In this document: positions 28,328 through 37,385 of the stretch, piece after piece
Position numbering within the stretch: position 1 is the stretch's first letter
How the letters are laid out: the number at the start of each line of letters is the position of its first letter
Assembly: GCA_949295105.1 (NCBI GenBank)
Contig: CASFJW010000048.1
Span: forward strand, 4,174-68,173
Direction: 5' to 3'
Length of the DNA: 64,000 bases
From: an uncultured Lentisphaeria bacterium
GTDB lineage: Bacteria > Verrucomicrobiota > Lentisphaeria > Victivallales > Victivallaceae
Position numbers and translations under genes: made by a program
Notes under the pieces: generated by a model
What the model was told of the DNA's origin: nothing
What the model saw: the letters and a program-made list of their open reading frames with translations, nothing else
Database searches by the model: none

Positions 28328-31156
28328 TTATTCGGCCACCGTCCCGATCGTCAGATAAGCAAGTTCCGCCTTGCCGCCGACCTGCCCGGAGGCATCGCCG
28401 ATGTGGCAGAAGGGAGTTTTTCTCCAGGCGCCGTCCGTGGTTGTTCCGACCTGCATAAGTTTGCCGTTGATCCACAACGCGTAGGCACCGTTTCCGGTGT
28501 CGAGCGCCACCCGGAAGGTGTTCCACTGGCGAAGATCAACCCCCGGGAACTTTACTTCGCCCCGGTTGCAGATCACCCGCGTCGGAGTAAAACGGTAGAA
28601 TACCTCGTATGATCCTTCGCCACTTTTGCGCGGCGGCGCCAGGGCGACCTGGAACGATGGCTGCTCCTCACCGTTTTCCGCCGGAATCCGCAGCTTCCAT
28701 TCGGTCACCATAAGCGGCGGCAACGTCTTGAAAAGGGCCGGATCGTTGATGGTGAAACGCATATAATCCGCGCCCTTCTCTCCGGAGTCATGGATCAACT
28801 TCATCGCGCCGTCCTCGATCGGCATGAACTGCGGCTTGTAACCGTTTTTGAGTTTACCGGTGACCTGGGCCTTGCCGTCAACCACCGCAACCCCGGCGAC
28901 CGGAGTGATCGCCCCGGACGCGGCCGGTTCCAGTTCGGGAGCCAGTTCAATACCGCAGGTGCCGACCATCACATAAGCAAGTTCCGCCTTGCCGCCGATG
29001 CCGGCCGAACCGTCGCCGATGTGGCAGAAGCCGTTTTCCCGATCAGCACCGGCGCTGGTCACCCCCGCCTGCCGAATCTTGCCGTTTACCCACAATGCAT
29101 AAGCGCCGTTGGAGGTGTCGAGCGCCAGCCGATAGGTGTTCCACTGGGTGAAGTCAACCCCCGGCAGCTGTACCACACTCTGATTACAGGTCATCCGCGT
29201 CGGAGTAAACCGGTAAGAGATCTCATAATCCCCTTTTCCGCTTTTGCGCGGCGGCGCCAGAACAATCTGAAATGACGGCTGCTCCTCGCCGTTTTCCGCC
29301 GGAATCCGCAACCTCCACTCGGCAACCAGCACTCTCGGCGGCACTTGGACAATCTGCGGATCCGCAGCCGAAAATCTCATATAATCCGCACCTTTTTCGC
29401 CGGAATCATGGATCAGTTTGATCACCCCGTTCTCAACCGGCATGAATTTCGGTTTGTAACTGTTCCTGAGCTTTCCGACGATCTTGGCCTTGCCGTCGAC
29501 AACGGAAACGCCGACGATCGGCTCGATGGCTTCCGAAGCCGCCTGTTCCAACCCCTCCGGAGCAGTCGGAGCATACTTGATCCGGACGCAAAAGTCCCGA
29601 ACCATCAGCTCGGTATTGCCGGACGCGTCGATGGTGACCGCAAAATCGTTGGCGCCCTTTTTGATCGATTCCGGAGCAAGGCTGAACGTAACCAGTCCAT
29701 CCTTCCGGCCGGTCGGAGCAAATTCCCTGCCGTTGACCGAGAGCGAGATCTTCGCATCCTGCGGAGCATCCACCAGCAGTTCAGCGGTGACGGCGGGGTC
29801 ACGCTTCAACGCTTCCGGGGAAGCGGTGTCATCACCGATGGTGATCGAGAAATTCAATGGTTTTCCGGAGACGACCTTCAACGGTTCGCCGGGATCCAGC
29901 TTCGGCAAATTGTTGAAGCGGTCACCTTCCCGGAGGAAATGGAAACTGCGGTAGCCGCCGGAACCCCGTTCTGTCGCATAATAAACCTTGTCATAACGGT
30001 CAAGTTGATCGAGCGGGGTCCGGGTTATATCGCGCAACCCTTTGTATTCAAGGTTGAAGTGGTAAACGCCGTCGCAGCCGTCAGCCATCGCCGCCGCTGA
30101 ACGGGCAAGATAGAAGTCGCGCCCGCCGCGCCCGGGAATGTACTTCACCCCTTTGCGCTGAATTCTGGATTCGTCGAGCGAAGCATAGAATTTGATCCCA
30201 TACTTGTGCGCAAGCTCCGCGGAAACCCGCCACGGATTGAGCTGGAAGTAGCTCGCCCCGATCATGATGTCGAAAAGTTTCTCTTTCATCCACTGCTCAA
30301 GATCGATCCCGACCGCCCGGCAGTATTCCACCGAATCGGGAACCCGGATCGCCACCAGAATCGGCCGCCCGCGCTTGCGTCCGGCCGCTTCGGTGATCTC
30401 CCGCAGTTCCTTCATGAAGTCGGTCATCATCTTCAGTTCCCGCGGCGAAGCGGTGCCGCCGTCGGCGACCGATTTCAGAAGCTGCATGTGACGCATGAAG
30501 TCATATTCAATTCCGTCGATATCGTAATTGGCGCAGATTTCCGCGACGATCGCCGCCATCCGGTCCCGCACTTCCTTGTGGGTGAAATCAGCCGCGCTCC
30601 AGGAGCAGTTCTTCGGTGGTTTCGCCTTGGAGCCGAGCAGAAATTCCGGATGCTGACGCTTGAAGGGCGACATCAGAAACATCGGCTTCTCTTCGGTATG
30701 GCCCTGATCGTGGGTATCGTTGACACGCAATGAAGCGAAGAACTCCAATCCCTGTTCCCGGCAATATTCCTCGGCGATTTTCAACGGATCAGTCCCCATC
30801 GCAAGGAGTTCTCCGGTCACGTTGCGCATCTTCGGCGCATGCGGCGGATCGGCCAGCAGCTGATCTCCCGCGGTCGTCCGGTACGTCAAATGGCCGAAGC
30901 CACTCGACAGCGGACAGTAAAATACCGAATCGATTGCGGTTCCCTGCGTATATACCAGCCGCCGATTGATGAAATTTTCCTTGCTGGCGGCAAGTTCCCG
31001 CGGATAATAGATCGCGTCACAGCCGTCGGTGTTGTAGATGATCTCTCGCTTGCGGTTGAGCATTTCAGCGCGTTTCGCTTCGAAATCATCCGCAGCCAGC
31101 GCCATCCCGCCCAACAGCAGCGCCGCCAGCGACAATGACCAGTACTTTGTTCTCAT
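28328..31156 (-). CDS. Secreted multidomain protein, paralogue A: GHL10/DUF187-like TIM-barrel N-terminus + Ig-like + two tandem lectin-like jelly-roll modules
   Basis: Start ATG at 31156, with the GGAGGAAAAG RBS inside the 3' end of the upstream gene. Signal peptide MRTKYWSLSLAALLLGGMALA. Family motifs: YNTDGCDA, AGDQLL, LEFFASLRVNDTHD, EVRDRMAAIVAEICANYDIDGIEYDFMRH, GRKRGRPILVAIRVPDS. The C-terminal ~207-aa module is duplicated. Confidence 0.8.
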   Translation of the reverse strand: MRTKYWSLSLAALLLGGMALAADDFEAKRAEMLNRKREIIYNTDGCDAIYYPRELAASKENFINRRLVYTQGTAIDSVFYCPLSSGFGHLTYRTTAGDQLLADPPHAPKMRNVTGELLAMGTDPLKIAEEYCREQGLEFFASLRVNDTHDQGHTEEKPMFLMSPFKRQHPEFLLGSKAKPPKNCSWSAADFTHKEVRDRMAAIVAEICANYDIDGIEYDFMRHMQLLKSVADGGTASPRELKMMTDFMKELREITEAAGRKRGRPILVAIRVPDSVEYCRAVGIDLEQWMKEKLFDIMIGASYFQLNPWRVSAELAHKYGIKFYASLDESRIQRKGVKYIPGRGGRDFYLARSAAAMADGCDGVYHFNLEYKGLRDITRTPLDQLDRYDKVYYATERGSGGYRSFHFLREGDRFNNLPKLDPGEPLKVVSGKPLNFSITIGDDTASPEALKRDPAVTAELLVDAPQDAKISLSVNGREFAPTGRKDGLVTFSLAPESIKKGANDFAVTIDASGNTELMVRDFCVRIKYAPTAPEGLEQAASEAIEPIVGVSVVDGKAKIVGKLRNSYKPKFMPVENGVIKLIHDSGEKGADYMRFSAADPQIVQVPPRVLVAEWRLRIPAENGEEQPSFQIVLAPPRKSGKGDYEISYRFTPTRMTCNQSVVQLPGVDFTQWNTYRLALDTSNGAYALWVNGKIRQAGVTSAGADRENGFCHIGDGSAGIGGKAELAYVMVGTCGIELAPELEPAASGAITPVAGVAVVDGKAQVTGKLKNGYKPQFMPIEDGAMKLIHDSGEKGADYMRFTINDPALFKTLPPLMVTEWKLRIPAENGEEQPSFQVALAPPRKSGEGSYEVFYRFTPTRVICNRGEVKFPGVDLRQWNTFRVALDTGNGAYALWINGKLMQVGTTTDGAWRKTPFCHIGDASGQVGGKAELAYLTIGTVAE

Positions 31157-31157
31157 T

Positions 31158-34007
31158 CTACTTTTCCTCCATGGGGGTTGAAGTTGGTTCATCTGCGCTC
31201 GGGATTGCACCGATTCTCACATATTCCAGTTCGGCCCGGCCGGAAACCCCGGCCGAACCGTCGCCAATGCTGATAAACGGTTCGGGACGACTCGCTCCGT
31301 CGGAGATCACCCCGTTGGCAACCGGCTTGCCGTTGATCCACAAAGCAGCATCCCCGCTCCGGGTATCGATCGCCACCCGGAAGGTATTCCATTCATCCGC
31401 TTTCAACGCGGCGGGACCAACCACGCCGAGATTGGTCACTACCCCGTCCGGAGTGGAACGGCAGCTGAATTCCCAGACCCCGCCGCCGGCTTCACCGCGC
31501 GAGGGCGCGAGCACCAGTTGAAAACTCGGCGCTCCGGTTTCTCCCCCCGTCACCCGCACCCGCCATTCCGCGCCGAGAATCGCCGGAGGATTTTCGAGCA
31601 GCTGCGGATCGGTCACCGCAAACGCCTGGTAATCGGCCCCCGCCTCTCCCGAATCGTGAACGAGGCGGATCACATCCCGTTGAACCTCCGCATATTCCGG
31701 ACGATAATCGTTGCTCACCATGCCGGTGGTTTCGATTTTACCATTCCGGCTGAAGATCTCCGCCTGCGGCACAATCTCCGCCGCCACCGCATCGACTAAA
31801 GCCGGCGCCAGCGGCCGACGGTAACGGATGCCGAGCGCGAAGTCATTGAGCAACACCCAGGATTGATGGAGCCGGATGTTTTTCCACAACCCGGAACCGG
31901 TACCGAAACCGGAAAGCGAACCGAAAAGCAAACTGTTCTCATTCATTCCGGAAACATTTTCCGTGTTGCCGGAAATTCGTCCTCCCTCATCGCTGACGCG
32001 CATCCGCACCGCCGACACCAGCAGCGGCTTGCCGTCGACGGTAAGAGTGATCTTATTGTCATCGAGCACGATTCCGTAGTGATGGAAACCGTCGGCCGTG
32101 TTGAACGCAACACTGCCGCCTCCGAACTTGAACGCGATTTTTTCCGGTTCAAAGGAGACCACTTCGACATTTTTCCCGTTTGCGATCCGCACCGCAACCG
32201 CTTCCGGATCGGTGCTTTTCTCAACTTTGAGTTCAAAATCGACCTTCAGCCGTTGTCCGTTGAGAGCGGGCAGCGGATAAAGCAGGCTGGTTGCGTAACC
32301 CGGACGGCTGGTGTTGTCGGCCAGCCGATAAGCCCCGTCAACAATTTTTTCCGCCTCGGCGAAATCCTCGATCATGAAGATCCGCCGCCACGGCGGCTGG
32401 TTGGCGCCGGAGAGGAGTTCGGTGCCGGAAAGAATCGTTTTCGCCTCCCCGCCGCCTGACCGGGACGAGGGCGGCAGCGAGATGATCAGATCATTGACGC
32501 CACGCCGGATATCCTCGGGACGAATCGAATAGACCAGCACATCACCGCGACGCTGGATCGCCTCATAACCGACGCCATTGACCTTCAGAATAAAATTGTG
32601 GCCGGGCTCATTGCTGCGCAGCATCGCCACCACCTCGGGCGAACGCTCTCCCGCCGCTCCCGGATCATCGCCGATCGTCATCTGAAAACTGTACGATCCG
32701 CCGGGAGCAATCAGCCGCGGCGCTCCGGGTTCGAGCTTCGGCAGGTTGTGGTAACGCGCGCCATCCCGCAGATAGGTGTCCGGAGTGTAACCGCCGGTAC
32801 CGCGTTCGGTCGCGTAATAGACCTTGTCTTCAAATTCAAGATCGGCGCGGTTGCCCCGGGCCCGGTCACGCAGCGGCTCGTACTCCATGTTGAAGTAGTA
32901 AATACCGTCGCAACCGCCCTCCAGCGCCGCCAGCGCCCGCGCACTGTAGGCCTCCCGGCTGTTGCGCGCCCCCAGCGGCAGCGAACCGCTGATCCGCGAC
33001 TCATCGAGCGAAGCGTAGAACTTCAAATTATGACGCCGGGCAAACGCGACGGTCGACGCCCAGGGATTCAACTGAAAGTAGCTGCTGCCGATCAACAGGT
33101 CGAAACTCTTATTCCGCGCCCAGGCCGCAAGATCAATGCCGACCGCCTTGCAATAACGCAGGGAGTCCGGCACCCGGACCGCCACCAGAATCGGCCGGCC
33201 GCGTTCGCGTCCGGCGGCCTCGGTAATCGAACGCAGACGCTTCATGAAATCAGTCATGAGTTCGAGTTCCTGATCAGAGGCACTCTCCCCCCACGCCACA
33301 CTCTTGAAAAGCTGCATGTGGCGCATGAAATCATATTCGATGCCGTCAATATCGTAGTTGGCGCAGATTTCAGCAACGATCGCCGCCATCCGGTCACGCA
33401 CCTCCTCGCGCGCAAAATCCACCGCGGTCCAGGAACAATAGGGCGGCCGCTCGGTTTCACTGCCGAAAAGCAACTCCGGATGCGCAGCTTTGAAAGGGGG
33501 AAACAGGAAATAAGGCTGGTTGCGGCTGTGTCCCGAGTCGTGGGTGTCGTTGACCCGAAGCGAAGCGAAAAACTCCAGATTCTCCCGTTTGCAGTACTCC
33601 TCGGCGAGCTTCAGGGGATCGGTTCCCTGCTTCAGTAGTTCACCGGTCGCATTGAACTCATCACCGGAACACTCCTCCGGCGGGGGATCAATCAGCAGCT
33701 GATCACCCGCGGCGGTTCTGCTGGTAAGATAACCGAACCCGCTCGATACCGGACAGTAGAAGAGGGAGTCGATTTTGCTTCCCCGGGTGAATCCGAGCCG
33801 CAGATTCTGGAAATTCTCCCCGGTCACCGGCAATTGGCGGGGATAGTAAAGCGCATCACAACCGTCGGTGTTGTAAATCACCTCGCGTTTCCGGTTGATC
33901 ATCTCCTGCCGTTCCGCTTCGAACTCAAAATTGAACATCTCGCAACCGGCTCCGAAAAACATCAGCGCCGGCACCGCCAACCGACCGATCGTTTGCAATT
34001 TTCTCAT
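31158..34007 (-). CDS. Lipoprotein/secreted multidomain protein, paralogue B: GHL10-like TIM barrel + Ig-like + two different jelly-roll modules
   Basis: 949 aa. The signal peptide has a lipobox-like FGAGC. It carries the same N-terminal motif set, a middle module (QPPWRRIFMIEDF...SLLFGSLSGFGTGSGLWKNIRL) and a C-terminal module ending FISIGDGSAGVSGRAELEYVRIGA. Confidence 0.8.
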   Translation of the reverse strand: MRKLQTIGRLAVPALMFFGAGCEMFNFEFEAERQEMINRKREVIYNTDGCDALYYPRQLPVTGENFQNLRLGFTRGSKIDSLFYCPVSSGFGYLTSRTAAGDQLLIDPPPEECSGDEFNATGELLKQGTDPLKLAEEYCKRENLEFFASLRVNDTHDSGHSRNQPYFLFPPFKAAHPELLFGSETERPPYCSWTAVDFAREEVRDRMAAIVAEICANYDIDGIEYDFMRHMQLFKSVAWGESASDQELELMTDFMKRLRSITEAAGRERGRPILVAVRVPDSLRYCKAVGIDLAAWARNKSFDLLIGSSYFQLNPWASTVAFARRHNLKFYASLDESRISGSLPLGARNSREAYSARALAALEGGCDGIYYFNMEYEPLRDRARGNRADLEFEDKVYYATERGTGGYTPDTYLRDGARYHNLPKLEPGAPRLIAPGGSYSFQMTIGDDPGAAGERSPEVVAMLRSNEPGHNFILKVNGVGYEAIQRRGDVLVYSIRPEDIRRGVNDLIISLPPSSRSGGGEAKTILSGTELLSGANQPPWRRIFMIEDFAEAEKIVDGAYRLADNTSRPGYATSLLYPLPALNGQRLKVDFELKVEKSTDPEAVAVRIANGKNVEVVSFEPEKIAFKFGGGSVAFNTADGFHHYGIVLDDNKITLTVDGKPLLVSAVRMRVSDEGGRISGNTENVSGMNENSLLFGSLSGFGTGSGLWKNIRLHQSWVLLNDFALGIRYRRPLAPALVDAVAAEIVPQAEIFSRNGKIETTGMVSNDYRPEYAEVQRDVIRLVHDSGEAGADYQAFAVTDPQLLENPPAILGAEWRVRVTGGETGAPSFQLVLAPSRGEAGGGVWEFSCRSTPDGVVTNLGVVGPAALKADEWNTFRVAIDTRSGDAALWINGKPVANGVISDGASRPEPFISIGDGSAGVSGRAELEYVRIGAIPSADEPTSTPMEEK

Positions 34008-34028
34008 AATCTGCTCCGAGTTCAGAAA

Positions 34029-36851
34029 TTACTTCGCGGAATTTCCGGGCACTCCAATCCGGAAATATTCAAGTTCTGCCTCTCCTCCGACATTACCGGA
34101 ACCGTCCCCAAAGAAGAAAAACGGCGCCTTGCGTCCGGTTCCGGCCGAGATCTCTCCCGAAGCCGCCAGTTTACCGTTGATCCAGAGCGCCCCCTGACCG
34201 GAAACGGTATCGACGACCGCCCGGAAATCGTTGAATTTCCGGGTGTCAATGCCGGCGACCGCGCCCAGACTGGTATCCACGCTGCCGTTGCCGAGACGGA
34301 CGTAAAGCTCCCAGTCACCGGAATTATCGGACCGCCGCGGCCCGATTACAAACTGAAGCGCATTCTCCCCCGCTCCGGCGTCAACCACCCGGGCCCGCCA
34401 TTCGGCGATGATCACCGGCGGCGGAGTTGCGCTCATGAGTTCAGGAGAGAGAATTGTGATAGTCTGATACGCTGCTCCGGTCCCCACCCGTTCGATATCA
34501 TGAATCATTCCGAGCGCATTGCCGCGCACCGGAAGAAATTCCCGGCGGTAGCTGTTCTTGATCTGGCCGGTGATCTCCGGCCGGCCATCCGCAACTCCGA
34601 CCGCGGCCAGCGGAACCAATTCGGCGGTCCCGGCCGCCTTGATCGATTCAGCCAGCGGAGCCGGATAAGTGACGCGGATACCGAAATCATTGAGTTTCAG
34701 CATCGTATCGGCAAAGGTAACATTCTTCCACAGCGACGCGCCGGTCCCCGGGCCGGAGATCGAACCGAGGATGATTCCATTGGTTTCCAGTCCGGGGATG
34801 TTCTCGCTCTTGCCGATCAACATCGCCTCCTCGGAACCAACCTTCATCACCGGTTTTGCACTGAGGATCTCCCGGCCGTCGGCGCAGAGCGTCATCCGGT
34901 CGGCGTCAAAGAGAAGTTCATAATGGTGGAATGCATCCGCAGTGTTGAAATCCACGCTCTCGCCGGCGAATTTGAAACCGATTTTCGTCGGCTCAAAGGT
35001 GATGGTCTCAACAAATTCACCGTTGGCAACGCGAAGAACCACCGCCTCCGGATTATCGGATTTTTCCACCTTGAGATCGAAACCAAGTTCGATTTTCTCC
35101 CCGGCATACCCGATCAGCGGATAGAAAAAGCTCGTCGCAAAACCGTCACGGGCAGTCGGATCCTCAAGCCGCAACGCCCCGTCCACAATGCTCTCCTGAT
35201 TGGGGATACTGGTGTCCATCCGGAAAAAACGCCGCCAGGGCGCCTGATCGCGCCCGACCAGCATCTTGTTTCCGGACAGAATGACCAGCCGCCGATCGAG
35301 AACTTCCGCCTCCGGAGAGACCTTGATTTCGATTTCGTTGTCGCCGCAGCGCAGCGCGCCGGCGTCGAGATCGAAGAAGTGGTCGTTTCCGGCGGTGCGG
35401 ACCGGTTTGAAGAGTTTACCGTTGATGCCGAGGGAAATATCTTCGGTTTTGACATTGGTGCGCAGAACCGCGGTCACCACCGGATTACGTTCAGCCACGG
35501 CGGGATCGCTGAAGTCGTCGCCGATCACCATCGTAAAACGATATGATGACCCCGGAGCGATCAGCCGCGGCGAAGCGGGGTCGAGCTGGGGAAGCAGATT
35601 GAAACTCTCGCCGTTGCGGACGTAACCGCCGGCCTGGTATCCGCCAGAACCGCGTTCGGTCGCGTAATAGGATTTGTTCACCAATCCGAGCTGATCGCGA
35701 TTGCCGAGCGCCCGTTCCCGCAGCGGGGCCTTCTCCAGGTTGAAATAATATACGCCGTCACAGCCGCTCGTGATCGCCGCCAGCGCCCGCGCACTGTAGG
35801 CCTCCCGGCTGTTGCGGCCCCCGAGCAGCGGCAGCGAACCTGAGATCCGCGATTCGTCGAGCGAAGCATAGAATTTGATCCCGTGCCGATGGGCGAGTTC
35901 GACCGAATCCTTCCACGGCGAAAGCTGGAAATAACTCGAACCGATCATGATGTCAAAGAGCTTATCCTCCATCCACCGTTCAAGATCGATGCCGACCGCC
36001 CGGCAATAACCCACCGAATCAGGGACCCGGACCGCCACCAGAATCGGCCGACCGCGTTTGCGTCCGGCCGCCTCGGTGATTTCGCGCAGTTCCTTCATGA
36101 AACCGGTCATCATCTCCAGCTCCTCTTCCGAGGCGTGCCCGCCCCACGCAACCGATTTCAGAAGCTGCATGTGGCGGTGAAAATCGTATTCGATGCCGTC
36201 GATGTCGTAGTTGGCGCAGATTTCGGCGACAATCGCCGCCATCCGGTCCCGAACCTCCTGATGGGTGAAGTCCGCCGCACTCCAGGAACAGTAGGGAGGA
36301 CGGTTGTCGATGGTGCCCATCAGAAACTCAGGATGCTGACGCTTGAAGGGCGACATCAGAAACATCGGCTTCTCCTCGGTGTGCGCCTGGTCATGGGTGT
36401 CATTGACGCGCAACGAGGCGAAAAACTCCAGATTTTCATCCCGGCAGTATTCCTCGGCGATCTTCAGCGGATCGGTACCCTGCGCGAGCAATTCACCGGT
36501 CACATTGCGCATCTTCGGCGCATGCGGCGGATCGGCCAGCAGCTGATCGCCGGCGGTCGTCCGGCTCGTCAGATGGCCGAACCCGCTCGACAGCGGACAA
36601 TAGAAAACCGAATCGATTTTACTGCCTTGGGTATATTTAAGCCGCTGATCGATGAAATTCTCCTTGGTCGCGGCAAGTTCCCGCGGGTAATAGACCGCAT
36701 CACAGCCGTCGGTGTTGTAGATCACCTCGCGAGGGCGATTGAGCATTTCCTGCCGCCGGGCTTCAAATTCGTCTCCGGAAAAGAACGAACACCCGCATGC
36801 CGTCAGCAACAACAACGGCACTGCAACTCCGGTCAGTCTCCGCAACTCCAT
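34029..36851 (-). CDS. Lipoprotein/secreted multidomain protein, paralogue C: same architecture as B
   Basis: Start ATG at 36851 with AGGAG 8 nt upstream. The signal peptide has the lipobox LLLTAC. The N-terminal domain shares long near-identical runs with paralogue A. The middle module reads QAPWRRFFRMD...IILGSISGPGTGASLWKNVTF and the C-terminal module ends FFFFGDGSGNVGGEAELEYFRIGV. Confidence 0.8.
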   Translation of the reverse strand: MELRRLTGVAVPLLLLTACGCSFFSGDEFEARRQEMLNRPREVIYNTDGCDAVYYPRELAATKENFIDQRLKYTQGSKIDSVFYCPLSSGFGHLTSRTTAGDQLLADPPHAPKMRNVTGELLAQGTDPLKIAEEYCRDENLEFFASLRVNDTHDQAHTEEKPMFLMSPFKRQHPEFLMGTIDNRPPYCSWSAADFTHQEVRDRMAAIVAEICANYDIDGIEYDFHRHMQLLKSVAWGGHASEEELEMMTGFMKELREITEAAGRKRGRPILVAVRVPDSVGYCRAVGIDLERWMEDKLFDIMIGSSYFQLSPWKDSVELAHRHGIKFYASLDESRISGSLPLLGGRNSREAYSARALAAITSGCDGVYYFNLEKAPLRERALGNRDQLGLVNKSYYATERGSGGYQAGGYVRNGESFNLLPQLDPASPRLIAPGSSYRFTMVIGDDFSDPAVAERNPVVTAVLRTNVKTEDISLGINGKLFKPVRTAGNDHFFDLDAGALRCGDNEIEIKVSPEAEVLDRRLVILSGNKMLVGRDQAPWRRFFRMDTSIPNQESIVDGALRLEDPTARDGFATSFFYPLIGYAGEKIELGFDLKVEKSDNPEAVVLRVANGEFVETITFEPTKIGFKFAGESVDFNTADAFHHYELLFDADRMTLCADGREILSAKPVMKVGSEEAMLIGKSENIPGLETNGIILGSISGPGTGASLWKNVTFADTMLKLNDFGIRVTYPAPLAESIKAAGTAELVPLAAVGVADGRPEITGQIKNSYRREFLPVRGNALGMIHDIERVGTGAAYQTITILSPELMSATPPPVIIAEWRARVVDAGAGENALQFVIGPRRSDNSGDWELYVRLGNGSVDTSLGAVAGIDTRKFNDFRAVVDTVSGQGALWINGKLAASGEISAGTGRKAPFFFFGDGSGNVGGEAELEYFRIGVPGNSAK

Positions 36852-37151
36852 TACCTGATCTCCTGTTTTTATTATAAGCTTGTTCAGGCGCTGCAACCCG
36901 CCACGACAAAATCGTTTATCCTTCCCGGACCGGAAACGCAGCCGCACCGGCATCGGTCAGCCCGGAAAAAATCCTCGTTCCGCCGGCTTCCGAACCTATT
37001 TCCACCCTCACGGGCTTGCTCCCGCCGCACTGTCGGGCGGAGCTATAATACACCCATGCGAATGTAAATTCAAGTCTTCCAGAAAAAACCATCCGGAAAA
37101 ATTGCCTGCTTGTCAGCGATATCCGTCCGGAATCCCCCCCCTCCCGGACAT

Positions 37152-37180
37152 TTGCAAAAGGAGCTCCGGCGTGATATATT
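37152..37180 (+). promoter_or_regulatory. Promoter-like TTGCAA-N17-(TG-n)-TATATT about 200 nt upstream of trpB
   Basis: TTGCAA at 37152-37157, TG at 37172-37173 and TATATT at 37175-37180. Confidence 0.35.
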
Positions 37181-37385
37181 TTAAAAAAGAGGTGTCCGCA
37201 TTCAGGGTCTTCGTCGCGAGGCTTCGGCGAACGACTGAAACCACCGGTTTCAAGATACCGGCACGGCACGATTCGGCGGATCGAACCGCTTCCGGTTTGG
37301 TCCGCTTTCGGTTTTCCAGGGGCCCGGAGAGCGAACAGATCCCGACCGGAAAGGCAAAATTTCACAATATCTTAAGGTATCGAAT

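Noticed and set aside
32598-37067. Several long plus-strand ORFs (32598..33638, 33834..35546, 35883..37067) across the paralogue operon
   Set aside because: All lie antisense to the conserved minus-strand paralogues and are R/G/P-rich with no motifs. The paralogue frames are supported by cross-copy conservation with synonymous variation.
37285-37301. tRNA T-arm-like element GGCGG-ATCGAAC-CCGCT in the trpB leader
   Set aside because: No complementary acceptor 5' strand or anticodon/D arms occur at the required distances. The loop starts with A rather than the conserved T54-T55. I recognised no tRNA in any of the larger intergenic gaps.
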